A DNA stretch of 43,211 nucleotides from a virus (lineage: Duplodnaviria; Caudoviricetes), in the IMG/VR virus record IMGVR_UViG_3300048858_000123, positions 1 through 43,211 of that record; one strand, given 5' to 3'. Shown here in pieces: positions 1 to 10,173 of the stretch (the first letter of the stretch is position 1; each line of letters begins with the position of its first letter). The notes under the pieces are model-generated. The model searched no databases. It saw only the letters and a list, made by a program, of their open reading frames with translations, and had not been told where the DNA came from. Both the position numbers and the translations under genes were made by a program.

Positions 1-1362
<1,362 letters not shown>

Positions 1363-1436
1363 TCAAGCCGGCACGAAGACGCGCGCAGCTTTATTCTAAT
1401 GTTGGGTCATAATATTTCACAACGCCGCCTTGTCAA

Positions 1437-2396
1437 TCAGACCGCAACCGGGGCCGCGATGTGGGCCTGCGGCGCGTAGCCACTCACTTCCAAATCCTCG
1501 ATCCGATAGTCGAAGATGGACGCAGGGCGCCGCGCAAAGGTGAGCTTCGCCTCGCCCGAAGGCGCGCGCGATAGCTGCTCTTCGACGAGGCTCGCATGGT
1601 TGAGGTAGAGATGGACATCGGCACCTGTCCAAACGACTTCGCCGGGTTCCAGGTTGCATTGCTGCGCCAGCATGCGCGTCAACAGCGCCAGCGACCACAT
1701 GTTGAAGGCGAACCCCAGCCCCATGTCGCAGCTGCGCTGGAACAGCATGCCGGAGAGCCGCCCGTTCGCGACGTGGAACTGGTACGTCTTATGGCAGGGC
1801 GGCAGCGCCATCGCGTCGAGCTCGGCGACGTTCCAACCCTCGATGATGTGCCGGCGGCTGCCTGGATTGCGGGTCAAGCTGTCGACCAGTTGCGCGACCT
1901 GATTGATGCCCGGACCACGGCGGAACAGGCCTTCCCCGGCAGGCTCATAGGTGGGCCAATCGACCCACTGCTTCCCGTACACCGGTCCGAGATCCCCCCA
2001 CTGCGCCGCGAACTCCGCATCCTCGACGATCCGGCGCGAGAAAGCCGCGCGGCCGATCTCCTCGCCCGTCTCGCGGCGATAGCGATCGAGCGGCCAGTCG
2101 GTCCAGATCTCTACGCCCTGGGCGCACAAGGCGCGGATGTTGGTGTCGCCGGTGAGGAACCACAGCAGTTCGCGGCTGGCGGTCTTCCAATACACGCGCT
2201 TGGTGGTGAGCAGCGGCATGGCGCCGCCCGCCAAGTCGAAGCGGATGGTGGCCCCGAACACCGATCGCGTACCGACGCCGGTGCGGTCAACCCGTTCGTC
2301 GCCCTCGTCCCAGATGCGGCGCACCAGGTTGAGGTACTGCCACTCCCAATGATCGGATCGGTTCAGAACTGACGGCGGCGAGAGGTCGATGGACAT
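1437..2396 (-). CDS. thyA: Thymidylate synthase (host)
   Basis: DRTGVGT, PLLTTKRV, GDLGPVYGKQW, MALPPCH (catalytic Cys), QRSCDMGLG, HLYLNH motifs. Confidence 0.97.
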   Translation of the reverse strand: MSIDLSPPSVLNRSDHWEWQYLNLVRRIWDEGDERVDRTGVGTRSVFGATIRFDLAGGAMPLLTTKRVYWKTASRELLWFLTGDTNIRALCAQGVEIWTDWPLDRYRRETGEEIGRAAFSRRIVEDAEFAAQWGDLGPVYGKQWVDWPTYEPAGEGLFRRGPGINQVAQLVDSLTRNPGSRRHIIEGWNVAELDAMALPPCHKTYQFHVANGRLSGMLFQRSCDMGLGFAFNMWSLALLTRMLAQQCNLEPGEVVWTGADVHLYLNHASLVEEQLSRAPSGEAKLTFARRPASIFDYRIEDLEVSGYAPQAHIAAPVAV

Positions 2397-2490
2397 GGAG
2401 TCTGGTTAGACCCGGTGCGCAAAGCTGCCAAGTCCCGGCCCGGAGCCAAACCCCGGCGCCAGCGCGGCGCTCACCAGTGATGTAAGAAAA

Positions 2491-2538
2491 TGGTCGGGGA
2501 GAGAGGATTCGAACCTCCGGCCCCTGCCTCCCGAAGAC
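2491..2538 (-). repeat. Prophage att site: 3' half of tRNA-Pro(CGG), displaced fragment
   Basis: Minus strand reads GTC-TTCGGGA-GGCAG-GGGCCGGAGGTTCGAATCCTCTCTCCCCGACCA (anticodon loop, T-arm, CCA). tRNA similarity stops at the anticodon stem, with no D-arm or 5' acceptor strand. It lies about 100 bp from the integrase stop. Confidence 0.88.
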
Positions 2539-2642
2539 TGCAGGCGAAACAGCAATGGCGCTTTTCTGCGGGTCTTGCGAGCCGTAGTTGGCGGAACAGG
2601 ACGTGAATCGCTGTTCGTTGCGGGAACTGACAGTCAACAGCA

Positions 2643-3680
2643 TCAACGCCTCCGATCTGCGGCCTCTAAGGCCTTGTCCATGAAGTCCGGCGAATGGTGG
2701 GCGTAGATGCGTGCGGTGGTCTCTGGGTCCTGCCCGAGCCAACCGGCGATGTCCCACATCGGCACCCCATTCTGCGCCAACCAGGTGCCTCGCGTGTGCC
2801 GCAAGGTGTGCGGCGTCACGTCTTCCAGCTTGGCCCTGGCGACCGCGGCACGAAAGCCCTTGTCGATTCGCTGGATAGGCTTGCCGTCGATATGCAGGAC
2901 CGGGCCGATGTCGCTTGATCGGCGAGCCCAGGCCAAGTGCATGAAGGTCATGAGCCGGCGCGGGATCGGCAGCGTCGGCCGGCGCTTCTTCGTCTTTGCG
3001 CGGCCAGGCACGGCAAACGACATGCGCTTCGCCTTAAGATCTACCTGAGGCCACTTGAGCGACAGGATCGCCTCCTTGCGTGCTCCGGTGTAGAGCGCGA
3101 TCAGCACGAACAGCGGCAGATAGAGCCGGGTGTCGCGCCCACCCTGCCGAGCCGCGTTCAGCAACTTGGCGGCTTCGGGCATGGTCAGCCAGCGGTCCTT
3201 CGGCTCTGGCTTGGCAGGCAGAGGAACGGCGACCACGCGCGTCAGCTTGCCAGACTTGAACAGGAAGTTCTGCGCCGCGGTGATCGTCGCCAGCTCGCGC
3301 CGCACTGTGCCGGGCGATTTGCCCCGGTAGCGCACGTAGGCATCACAGGTCAGCGGCGTGATCTGGTCGAGCATGTTGTGCTCCCAGAACGGCAGCAGCG
3401 CTTCCACGGCGTAGGCAATGCGCGCGGCGTCAGTGGCCTTGGGCGCTCGGTGCTCCAGGTAGAAGGACAGCGCCTCAGCCACGCCTATTTGCCCTGGTTC
3501 CCGCGGCCCGGCATGCTGATGACTTGCCCCGATGAACCGCGCGAGGGCTGCTTCAGCTTCGCGGCGGTCTGACGTGCCAGTTGACCGAATGCACTTCTTC
3601 CCGTGGTCGTACCAGAGAATGTAGAAGGCCTCTCGACCAGCGATCCAGTGGAGACGCGGCCCTCGGTTTGGTCTTGGCAT
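2643..3680 (-). CDS. int: Tyrosine recombinase (phage integrase)
   Basis: LYTGARKEAIL (catalytic R), PHTLRHT (HxxR), LGQ in place of LGH, RIYAHH (catalytic Y). Probable start ATG 3680 (MPRPNRGPRL). Confidence 0.93.
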   Translation of the reverse strand: MPRPNRGPRLHWIAGREAFYILWYDHGKKCIRSTGTSDRREAEAALARFIGASHQHAGPREPGQIGVAEALSFYLEHRAPKATDAARIAYAVEALLPFWEHNMLDQITPLTCDAYVRYRGKSPGTVRRELATITAAQNFLFKSGKLTRVVAVPLPAKPEPKDRWLTMPEAAKLLNAARQGGRDTRLYLPLFVLIALYTGARKEAILSLKWPQVDLKAKRMSFAVPGRAKTKKRRPTLPIPRRLMTFMHLAWARRSSDIGPVLHIDGKPIQRIDKGFRAAVARAKLEDVTPHTLRHTRGTWLAQNGVPMWDIAGWLGQDPETTARIYAHHSPDFMDKALEAADRRR

Positions 3681-3844
3681 GTCTTCTGCTTTTCGATGAA
3701 GGTGACGACGTCTTTTTCGTCGTAGAGGAAGGCCTTGCCGAGGCGCACCGCGGCCAAGCCCTTTTCGCGCATGGTGCGCACTGTGCGAGCTGATGGGATG
3801 CCGAAGTTCTGGCAAACCTGCTCTGCCGTGAGAAGCCGGGTCAT
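3485..3844 (-). CDS. Excisionase-like HTH protein
   Basis: N-terminal MerR/Xis-type HTH (LLTAEQVCQNFGIPSARTVRTMREKGLAAVRLGKAFLY); its 3' part overlaps the start of int. Confidence 0.72.
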   Translation of the reverse strand: MTRLLTAEQVCQNFGIPSARTVRTMREKGLAAVRLGKAFLYDEKDVVTFIEKQKTCQDQTEGRVSTGSLVERPSTFSGTTTGRSAFGQLARQTAAKLKQPSRGSSGQVISMPGRGNQGK

Positions 3845-3902
3845 GTCGCCTGCTCTTGTGTGTGAGGGTTGCTACTGGTGTCGGGCGCATCCTGGCGCTG
3901 GG

Positions 3903-4232
3903 CTATATGCGGCATGGCCTCACCTTTCCTGTCGCGAGTTCATCGGCGACGATTAGGATGCGGGCGGCTGAGAGAAGGATCTGCTCAGCCTCAGTTATAT
4001 TGTGGACGCGCCTACGTGCTGCCCGCCACGAAAGTATCTTCGCTGCTTCATACAGAGTGGCCGCTTGTGCTTTGCCCTCGTCCGAAACAGGCGGTTCTTT
4101 GGGCGCCGCGGTCATGCCGGCCGCCTCTCGTCGTGCCGCCCACTGCGCTTTGCTGCGTTCGCTTGCCGCGCGTCGGCGCTCCTCAGGCCAAGGTGAATAG
4201 CGGTAGTCCGGGTGAGCCATTGATCGGGGCAT
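3903..4232 (-). CDS. Hypothetical phage protein
   Basis: ORF co-oriented with the early-left operon. Confidence 0.5.
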   Translation of the reverse strand: MPRSMAHPDYRYSPWPEERRRAASERSKAQWAARREAAGMTAAPKEPPVSDEGKAQAATLYEAAKILSWRAARRRVHNITEAEQILLSAARILIVADELATGKVRPCRI

Positions 4233-4331
4233 TTCATGTGCGCCTCACGATCGCGCTAGGGACGGAAGCCGGAACGGCGGAGACGCTTGCGGCTCCGTTC
4301 ACGACGGCCCGGTCCGACTTGTCGGAAGCGC

Positions 4332-4520
4332 TCATACCACCCCCGTCCCAACAGTGCAGACCACCCCCAAAGCACCGATCGCCACCAGCGCGCTAAGGAT
4401 GGTGCGATAGGTGACAGGGCGAGGCTTGGAGAGGGGGCCGAACACTTGCTGCCGGCGTGCCTCAAGCATGGGCGGGCGAGCGGTGTAGAGGCTGCCGTAG
4501 CGGATCTTGACGCCGCTCAT
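4332..4520 (-). CDS. Small hypothetical protein with C-terminal hydrophobic segment
   Basis: ATGA overlap with the upstream ORF; ILSALVAIGALGVVC. Confidence 0.55.
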   Translation of the reverse strand: MSGVKIRYGSLYTARPPMLEARRQQVFGPLSKPRPVTYRTILSALVAIGALGVVCTVGTGVV

Positions 4521-5005
4521 GCTTCCTCGCTCCCGTTCTGGCGGGCGCGGGTGAGGAGTTCGTCGACATGGCGGCGGAAGAACTCTTCGCCGAACCCGTT
4601 ATTGCGGGCGTCCTCCAGCGCCTCGACCAACTCCGTGACCAGCCGCTCCTGATCGGTGGAGGGCATGGATGCGGCATAGCGGCGGATGCCTTCGCGGATC
4701 ATCTGCGCGCCCATGCTGTCAGCGCTGCATTCCTCAACCGGATGGCCAAGGCTGTCGCTCATAACCCCGCGCGCGATCAGTGCCGCAATCTCTTCTAGGC
4801 TATCACTGATGGGCTTGGACAACGCATGGGCGCGCTCGGCTTCGGCCTGGAAAGCCTGCCACAGAACGTCCTCCTGAGCGGTCGATCGACGGATGCGCTC
4901 GGCGTCTGGTGCCTCGCCGCTCTTGATAGGATGGTTCGGCGCGTACTCCTCGCCGCTATCGGGGTTCCAGAATACCCATCCGCCCCCATTAGTCGGCGCG
5001 GTCAT
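4517..5005 (-). CDS. Hypothetical phage protein
   Basis: ATGA-coupled to both neighbours. Confidence 0.65.
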   Translation of the reverse strand: MTAPTNGGGWVFWNPDSGEEYAPNHPIKSGEAPDAERIRRSTAQEDVLWQAFQAEAERAHALSKPISDSLEEIAALIARGVMSDSLGHPVEECSADSMGAQMIREGIRRYAASMPSTDQERLVTELVEALEDARNNGFGEEFFRRHVDELLTRARQNGSEEA

Positions 5006-5271
5006 GCGGGGGTGCCTACGACTTCGGTGTGAGCGGGGCCGGCCTTGAGCTTGATGCCCATTTCTTCGGCCGGCCCGTAGCCCTCAATGAAGGGCTTATA
5101 GTCGTTGACGAGCCCACGTGCCTCAAGCTGCGCCAGATGTTCCGCATGCTCTTCCAGCGTGTCGAACTGGTAGAAGCTCTCGCGGAACTCCTCCATGAAC
5201 GTGTCGTCAAACTTGGACTCGTCCAGCGTGACGGTGATAATCTGCGTCACTTCTACGGTGAAGGTTTTCAC
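5002..5271 (-). CDS. Hypothetical acidic phage protein
   Basis: GTG start at 5271 overlaps the upstream stop (GTGA); KTFTVEVTQ...FRESFYQFDTLEEHAEHLA. Confidence 0.65.
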   Translation of the reverse strand: MKTFTVEVTQIITVTLDESKFDDTFMEEFRESFYQFDTLEEHAEHLAQLEARGLVNDYKPFIEGYGPAEEMGIKLKAGPAHTEVVGTPA

Positions 5272-5483
5272 GAGCGCACTCCCTTCATCTGCTTGAGGTG
5301 TTGATCCAAGTGGTGGGCCTCTCTCGCGCACTCAAAGCTCTCCTGAGTCTGCTCGCGAAGGTGCCAGTGACCGGTGCGCTCTATCCAGGCGTGGAGGTCG
5401 GCGTCGAACTCGTCAGCCGGTTCGGGCCAGGGCGTGAAAGGCTGATACGGCTCGGTGAATTGCTGGAAGCGGAGCGCGTTCAT
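5268..5483 (-). CDS. Hypothetical phage protein
   Basis: ATGA-coupled start at 5483. Confidence 0.5.
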   Translation of the reverse strand: MNALRFQQFTEPYQPFTPWPEPADEFDADLHAWIERTGHWHLREQTQESFECAREAHHLDQHLKQMKGVRS

Positions 5484-5674
5484 GAGCGCATACCTTTCGC
5501 GAAGGCGTAGCCACAGACGGCCAGCAAAACCGACTCTATGAAGACCATCCCGCGAGCCCCTGGACGCCAATCGAGAGGGTTGGGCACATGGAGATAGGCG
5601 ACGGCATCAAGCGCGCAGGTGAAGAGCCAAACGCCAACGAATACCGCCAGCGCGATGCGAACCGGGCTGCTCAT
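5480..5674 (-). CDS. Small two-TM membrane protein
   Basis: Two hydrophobic stretches; ATGA coupling. Confidence 0.55.
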   Translation of the reverse strand: MSSPVRIALAVFVGVWLFTCALDAVAYLHVPNPLDWRPGARGMVFIESVLLAVCGYAFAKGMRS

Positions 5675-5952
5675 ACTGCGCTCTCCTTCTTCTTCTCAGC
5701 AGCCTTCACCTTCGCGGCCTTGGCATCGCGGCACTTGGCCCGTGCCAGCGTGATTGCCACGTCGAGGTACTTGCCCTCCGCCGTCGCCTCCTCGTCGCCG
5801 ATGCGGACGGTCGCGACAGGGTTGCCGTTGCGGAACTCGATGTTCGGGCCATGCGTGCCGACAGAGACGATCACGTAGTCGTCATCGGGTTCGCACAGGC
5901 GGGAAAGCGTATGCTGCAAGTCGCGCAGCTCTTGTGTCGAGAGACGACTCAT
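5671..5952 (-). CDS. Hypothetical phage protein
   Basis: Start MSRLSTQEL at 5952 coupled to the methylase stop. Confidence 0.6.
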   Translation of the reverse strand: MSRLSTQELRDLQHTLSRLCEPDDDYVIVSVGTHGPNIEFRNGNPVATVRIGDEEATAEGKYLDVAITLARAKCRDAKAAKVKAAEKKKESAV

Positions 5953-6494
5953 CGGCTTGCCTCCGTGGGCAGGGTTGTGGGGATTGCAGCGGCGATGGCG
6001 GCGCGGGCGACCCTTTCGGGCGTAGCGAGGATGCCGAGGCCGTGGCGAGCAGCGCGCACCAGAGCGTTGTATCCCTCGTGACCGATGGCCCAGAGCGCGG
6101 TTCCGGTGGATGGGCTCTTGCCCTCGCTGCCATCGGGCCGGATGAAGCGGACCTTGGGCATGAACAGGACAAGCTCTGCTCGCTGCCATGCCTTGCGGAA
6201 CCAAGGGGCCGATGTTCGGTCGGGCGTCAGGGCAATGCCGTCGCCATGGTCGAAGAACTTATCGAGCCAGGGTTCCAAGGCGTTGCGACCACCGAACGGC
6301 GGGTTCATCCAGACGAAGCCGTCCCATGCCCGCTCAAGCCCGCTATCGGTGAACCATAGGGCGGCAGGAACGCAGCAAGCGGTGTTGATGCCCGGGTGCG
6401 CCACATCGAGATCGAACCGGCAGCCAAGCGCGTCGAAGATGTACTTCGGCGTGTACCATTCGTCCGACTGGCCAGAGGCTTCCCAGGCGCTCAT
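5949..6494 (-). CDS. Phage DNA N6-adenine methyltransferase (phage Dam family)
   Basis: SDEWYTP...FDLDVA and catalytic VWMNPPFG; start MSAWEASG at 6494. Confidence 0.88.
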   Translation of the reverse strand: MSAWEASGQSDEWYTPKYIFDALGCRFDLDVAHPGINTACCVPAALWFTDSGLERAWDGFVWMNPPFGGRNALEPWLDKFFDHGDGIALTPDRTSAPWFRKAWQRAELVLFMPKVRFIRPDGSEGKSPSTGTALWAIGHEGYNALVRAARHGLGILATPERVARAAIAAAIPTTLPTEASR

Positions 6495-6703
6495 GGAACC
6501 ATCATCCAAACGATGGCAGCAAGGACCGTCAGCACGCCGATGAGCGCGCACCATTCTAGGCGTTCATGGCGGTCCTCCTGAGCCTCACCTTCGAGCTGCA
6601 CAAGCAACTCACCGAGAGACCGGCTGCGTGAACGGTTGCAGGCGGGTGCGATGGCGTTCGGCCAGGAAGGCTTGCGAATGTCGCGGCGATCAGCCTGGGT
6701 CAC
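6491..6703 (-). CDS. Small protein with C-terminal TM helix
   Basis: Coupled ORF; WCALIGVLTVLAAIVWMMV. Confidence 0.5.
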   Translation of the reverse strand: MTQADRRDIRKPSWPNAIAPACNRSRSRSLGELLVQLEGEAQEDRHERLEWCALIGVLTVLAAIVWMMVP

Positions 6704-6854
6704 GCCACACCTCGACGGTTCAGATGAGCACGACAGGCGCGCTGTATCCGCTCAAGCCGCAGATGCTCATCCCGGCATGCAATGTGGTGGAAGTGATGCG
6801 CGTTGAAGGTACGGCCACGCATGTCCGGCCCTGCGTATGAGGCTTCGGCGTACA

Positions 6855-7106
6855 TCATGCTTCACCTCGGAAGCTGGCGAGTGCATCGGAGACGGTATCG
6901 CCCACCAATTCGGGCGTTAGGTATCCGCCCAAGCCTGCGCGCTCGATCTTTTCCAGCGCATCGAGGAACTCGGGAGCCGCAACGATCAAGCGCTCGACTG
7001 CATCCGTATCGCGATCTAGCGGGATGCCGCCGTTGTGAGTGACGAGATAGAAACCGTCTGCGCCGTGCTCAGCCTCCCAAGGGCCGAATGGATGATCGCC
7101 GCTCAT
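6855..7106 (-). CDS. Hypothetical phage protein
   Basis: HPFGPWE...RLIVAAPEFLDALE pattern common in phage early genes; ATGA coupling. Confidence 0.6.
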   Translation of the reverse strand: MSGDHPFGPWEAEHGADGFYLVTHNGGIPLDRDTDAVERLIVAAPEFLDALEKIERAGLGGYLTPELVGDTVSDALASFRGEA

Positions 7107-7405
7107 GCTGCCACCTGCAAAACCGGAGCAGTGACCCGTGCCCACTCAGCGCGGGCTTCCTGCATGTTCTCTTCACGGCGAGCGTTCCAAGCTGCCAACC
7201 ATGCGCGATCGCCAATGGTGTTCAGGCTGTTCGCCACACCCAGGATCGGACGGTTTGCGTAGTCGTGGGCGCGGTGCATCTCCGCAAGTTCGAGCTCGAT
7301 GCTCGCAGCCGGGTTGCAGCCATATGAGCGGCACATCGTCTCGACTTCAGCGAGGCGCGCTAGGTCGGTGTCGGTAAGGCGGAAGGGGCTTGCCTGGTGT
7401 GGCAT
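7103..7405 (-). CDS. Hypothetical phage protein, first gene after the second leftward promoter
   Basis: RBS GGAGA upstream; ORF ends in the phage-typical QVAA. Confidence 0.6.
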   Translation of the reverse strand: MPHQASPFRLTDTDLARLAEVETMCRSYGCNPAASIELELAEMHRAHDYANRPILGVANSLNTIGDRAWLAAWNARREENMQEARAEWARVTAPVLQVAA

Positions 7406-7441
7406 GGAACGGTCTCCATCAGCGTCTTGCTGCTGAGACCT

Positions 7442-7484
7442 TGCTACGATAAACGTAGCACCGCGTCAATACGAAAATCGTAGC
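7442..7484 (-). promoter_or_regulatory. Leftward promoter with two repressor operators (distal PL copy)
   Basis: Palindrome TGCTACG-ataaa-CGTAGCA (7442-7460) and ATACG-aaaat-CGTAG (7469-7483); minus strand TTGACG-17 bp-TAGCAA. Confidence 0.8.
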
Positions 7485-7507
7485 GCGTTATTTTCTCCCT
7501 CCACACC

Positions 7508-7540
7508 AAAACGGCCGCTCAAGTTTCCCTGAGCGGCCGT
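7508..7540 (-). terminator. Intrinsic terminator downstream of bstA
   Basis: 11-bp stem ACGGCCGCTCA/TGAGCGGCCGT followed by TTTT on the minus strand. Confidence 0.8.
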
Positions 7541-7567
7541 GGTCGTCGTCAGTGGTGGTAGGCCGGC

Positions 7568-8491
7568 CTAGCTGGCTTTCGTCAGCTTCTTGATGCCGAA
7601 CGCCTCGATCGCTGCGGTTGCCTTAGGTGCGGGCAGCTCCCCCTGCTTCACTTTGGACTGCAAGTAGTTCGGGAGCTGTTTAGGGATGTAGTGCTCGCGT
7701 ACCCACTTCCGAAACTCGCCAAGGGCATCGTCAGGGTAGCACTTCGGGGTTTGAGGGTTAGACACCGACTGCGGAAAATACGCTGGATAGTTGTGCTCGT
7801 ATTTCTTGCTCGGGCCGTACAGAACCTCAAGGTTCTCGGCGATCCAAAACTTGGACCAGGCCATTCCCACGCTGATGTCTGGAATGAAAGAGTTGCCCAA
7901 CTCAGCACCCTGCCGGATCAGTGTCACCAGCATGTCGGCCACTTCCTTGAACACGCTGAAATAGCCATCTGGCACCGTGTGATAGGACAGGCCAACCCGA
8001 TCGTGGAACTGCTTCCATGCGATGCCGGCGTCGCCCTTGGGGTTGTAACCTACCTGAGCATAGATGAAGTCATTGAACCCCTTGCGGGCTAGCGTCCGGT
8101 AGCTCTTAGCGGCTGCTTCATAGGTGGTGCCGGACTCGAACGCGTAGTACTCTAGAACCGCCATGCAAACTGCTGCCGGAATGGCGTGCTGGATAGTTCC
8201 GTCTTTGACCAGAGCAATAAAAGCGACGTTATCATCAGCGCCTTGTGCGCGAACGAGTTCTCGGATCTTTCGGACACGCACCTTAGCTGGTGTCTCAAGC
8301 CAGTCTGCGGTGATTCGAATGATGTTCGTGTGATCCACGCCACACATCCGAGCCAAGCCGCGGATGTTAAGGAACGGCGTGCCATCGCTCAGCACCCCCA
8401 TTCCCACTCCGTCGATTTCACGTTCGACCGCGATCTGAAGATCTAGCCGTAGCTGTTCGGGGGTGGTGACCAAATCCTTAGGTATCGCCAT
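7568..8491 (-). CDS. bstA: BstA-family abortive-infection (anti-phage) protein
   Basis: 307 aa. Motifs EIDGVGMGVLSDGTPFLNIRGLARMCGVDH, VCMAVLEYYAFE, PDGYFSVFKEVAD, IPDISVG, HNYPAYFPQ, YPDDALGEFRKW match my recollection of BstA; lower GC than its flanks. Confidence 0.85.
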   Translation of the reverse strand: MAIPKDLVTTPEQLRLDLQIAVEREIDGVGMGVLSDGTPFLNIRGLARMCGVDHTNIIRITADWLETPAKVRVRKIRELVRAQGADDNVAFIALVKDGTIQHAIPAAVCMAVLEYYAFESGTTYEAAAKSYRTLARKGFNDFIYAQVGYNPKGDAGIAWKQFHDRVGLSYHTVPDGYFSVFKEVADMLVTLIRQGAELGNSFIPDISVGMAWSKFWIAENLEVLYGPSKKYEHNYPAYFPQSVSNPQTPKCYPDDALGEFRKWVREHYIPKQLPNYLQSKVKQGELPAPKATAAIEAFGIKKLTKAS

Positions 8492-8524
8492 ATTTACTAG
8501 CCTTTTCAGAAAGTTGAGGTGGTG
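8462..8524 (-). promoter_or_regulatory. Putative aba (anti-BstA) self-immunity element
   Basis: 63 bp spanning the bstA ATG, bounded by direct repeats CACCACC (8518-8524 and 8462-8468) around an AT-rich core. Confidence 0.65.
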
Positions 8525-8682
8525 CTCAACTCGGCTAGTCGCGATCTTTCCGTTCGCTTAGAACGGATTTGCACAAGAGGGCGGCTCCACCGAGCAAAGC
8601 CTGGGACGGTAATCTGCCCCAGGCTGCCCAACCTATCAGCGGCTTGTGAACGCGGCGACTCCGTCTTGCTTAAAAAGCACGG

Positions 8683-9120
8683 TTAAGCTGCGTTAAGAGC
8701 TTCTTCTCTCAGCGTCGTGACATCTACGCCACACCAAGTGCTCCAAAGTTGAAGCGCCTTGTCGGTGAAGGCCGCGCGATCAGCCTCATTCATCGCGCGG
8801 TTGCTGGTAGACCGCCGTCGTCGGTAGACCTCGCCTGATGGCAGCACTTGCTCATCATACAAACGCAGTTTGTCGCGGGTAATGTCGTGCAAATCCTGCT
8901 CGTCGAGCGAAAGGCTGTGCAGGTCATTTAAGAGAGGCGCCACTAGGGCGGCGACTGTCCAGTAGAGACCGCGGCGGCGCTGGTTGGCCGTGCCGCCCTT
9001 AATCTCGATCCGCACCTTGCCCTTAATCTCGCGCATAGCCTCCTCGGCTGCGCGGTTCGCCGGCCTCAGCATTCCTAGGCGAACCTCGAAGACCAGAGGT
9101 GGCTTGTCAGCTCCGGGCAT
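8683..9120 (-). CDS. NinB/DUF1367-like recombination-associated protein
   Basis: ANQRRRGLYW...RRSTSNRAMNEADRAAF pattern; position in the recombination cluster; start ATG 9120. Confidence 0.55.
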   Translation of the reverse strand: MPGADKPPLVFEVRLGMLRPANRAAEEAMREIKGKVRIEIKGGTANQRRRGLYWTVAALVAPLLNDLHSLSLDEQDLHDITRDKLRLYDEQVLPSGEVYRRRRSTSNRAMNEADRAAFTDKALQLWSTWCGVDVTTLREEALNAA

Positions 9121-9505
9121 CGCCGCGCTCCCGTTGTATGTTCCTGATCTCTGCGGCTCGAGGCGAAGCTTTCGCGAGTTCATCCAGAAGCTGGTCGATG
9201 GTCTGACCCTTGGCTCCGGCGTAGTCGTTCCAGAAGGTTCGTTCGCCGATGTCGTGCTGCCGGTTGTGACAGCCAGGCTGACCATCGATACCGCTCCAGG
9301 GGCCATCACAGAGCGGAACGGTTCGCCAGTCGTCCGGCTTGGCACCTAAGGCCGTGTGGCTGCCAATGCGAACGTGCGCGACGATTACGTTGGTGGTCGA
9401 ACCGCAGTTGCAGCAGGCAAAGCCTCTGATCCATGTGCAGTGGGCGGGAGAGCGCCAGCGGTCCGACCGCTTGCGCTCTTTGGGTATCCGGCGAGGGAGT
9501 GCCAT
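9107..9505 (-). CDS. His-Me finger (DUF968/HNH-like) putative nuclease
   Basis: CCNCG...AHVR...KPDDWRTVPLC...CHNRQH. Confidence 0.7.
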   Translation of the reverse strand: MALPRRIPKERKRSDRWRSPAHCTWIRGFACCNCGSTTNVIVAHVRIGSHTALGAKPDDWRTVPLCDGPWSGIDGQPGCHNRQHDIGERTFWNDYAGAKGQTIDQLLDELAKASPRAAEIRNIQRERGDARS

Positions 9506-9516
9506 AACCGCGCCCC

Positions 9517-10149
9517 TTAGAAGGGAATGTCGTCGTCGAGGTCGTCGCCGAACCCGCCGCCACCACTGTTCTGCTGGTAGATCACGACATCCTTGATCTG
9601 ATCGTCGACCTTCTTGCGCAGCCACTCGGGCAGGTCATCATAGGCGCTGGCGTTGTCTTCGTCGTAGATCAGTAGGCCGATCGTGGACCGGGGCGGGTTA
9701 TCCTTGAGCGCCTTAGGTAGCGGGGTAACGGCGGCGACGTTCGCGTATGTTTTGCCGCCCTTCTCGACATGCGTGACGTTGACCATGCAGGGCACGCCAA
9801 GCAGCTTTGAAATATCGAAGCCGGCAAGCTCTTCACGAGTGAACGGACGGCCGCGCCAGCTTTCCAGATCGCCGCGCAAGGCCGCGTTCTCGTGCAGCGA
9901 GACGGTGTAGGTCTTGCCGATCACCCGGGCGCCAGCTTGCTTGTTGCCGTCGCGATCGGTCCACTCCATCACTTCGTCGGGAGTTTCCCAACGGATGTAG
10001 ACCTGGTGCTTGATCTTCTCGCCGTACTGCTGCGAGACGGTGCGCTGCTTGCCGAGATCCGCAACCAAGTTGCAGACCGCTACGTGGTTGCCCTGCGGCA
10101 TGGGGCTGAAGTCGCCGCCGCCGCCATTGTCCGACGCCATGATTGCCAT
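9517..10149 (-). CDS. Phage single-stranded DNA-binding-like protein
   Basis: Beta-rich core, FDISKLLGVPCMVNV, Gly-rich linker and SSB-type acidic tail DDLDDDIPF. Confidence 0.7.
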   Translation of the reverse strand: MAIMASDNGGGGDFSPMPQGNHVAVCNLVADLGKQRTVSQQYGEKIKHQVYIRWETPDEVMEWTDRDGNKQAGARVIGKTYTVSLHENAALRGDLESWRGRPFTREELAGFDISKLLGVPCMVNVTHVEKGGKTYANVAAVTPLPKALKDNPPRSTIGLLIYDEDNASAYDDLPEWLRKKVDDQIKDVVIYQQNSGGGGFGDDLDDDIPF

Positions 10150-10173
10150 TGTACTTTCTCCTAGGGGGTGGGG

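Noticed and set aside
2491-2570. Intact tRNA-Pro gene
   Set aside because: No D-arm or 5' acceptor strand; only the 3' half is present, so it is an att remnant
8670-8696. Three TTAA half-sites suggesting a CtrA box upstream of bstA
   Set aside because: Spacings are 9 and 6 bp, not the canonical 7
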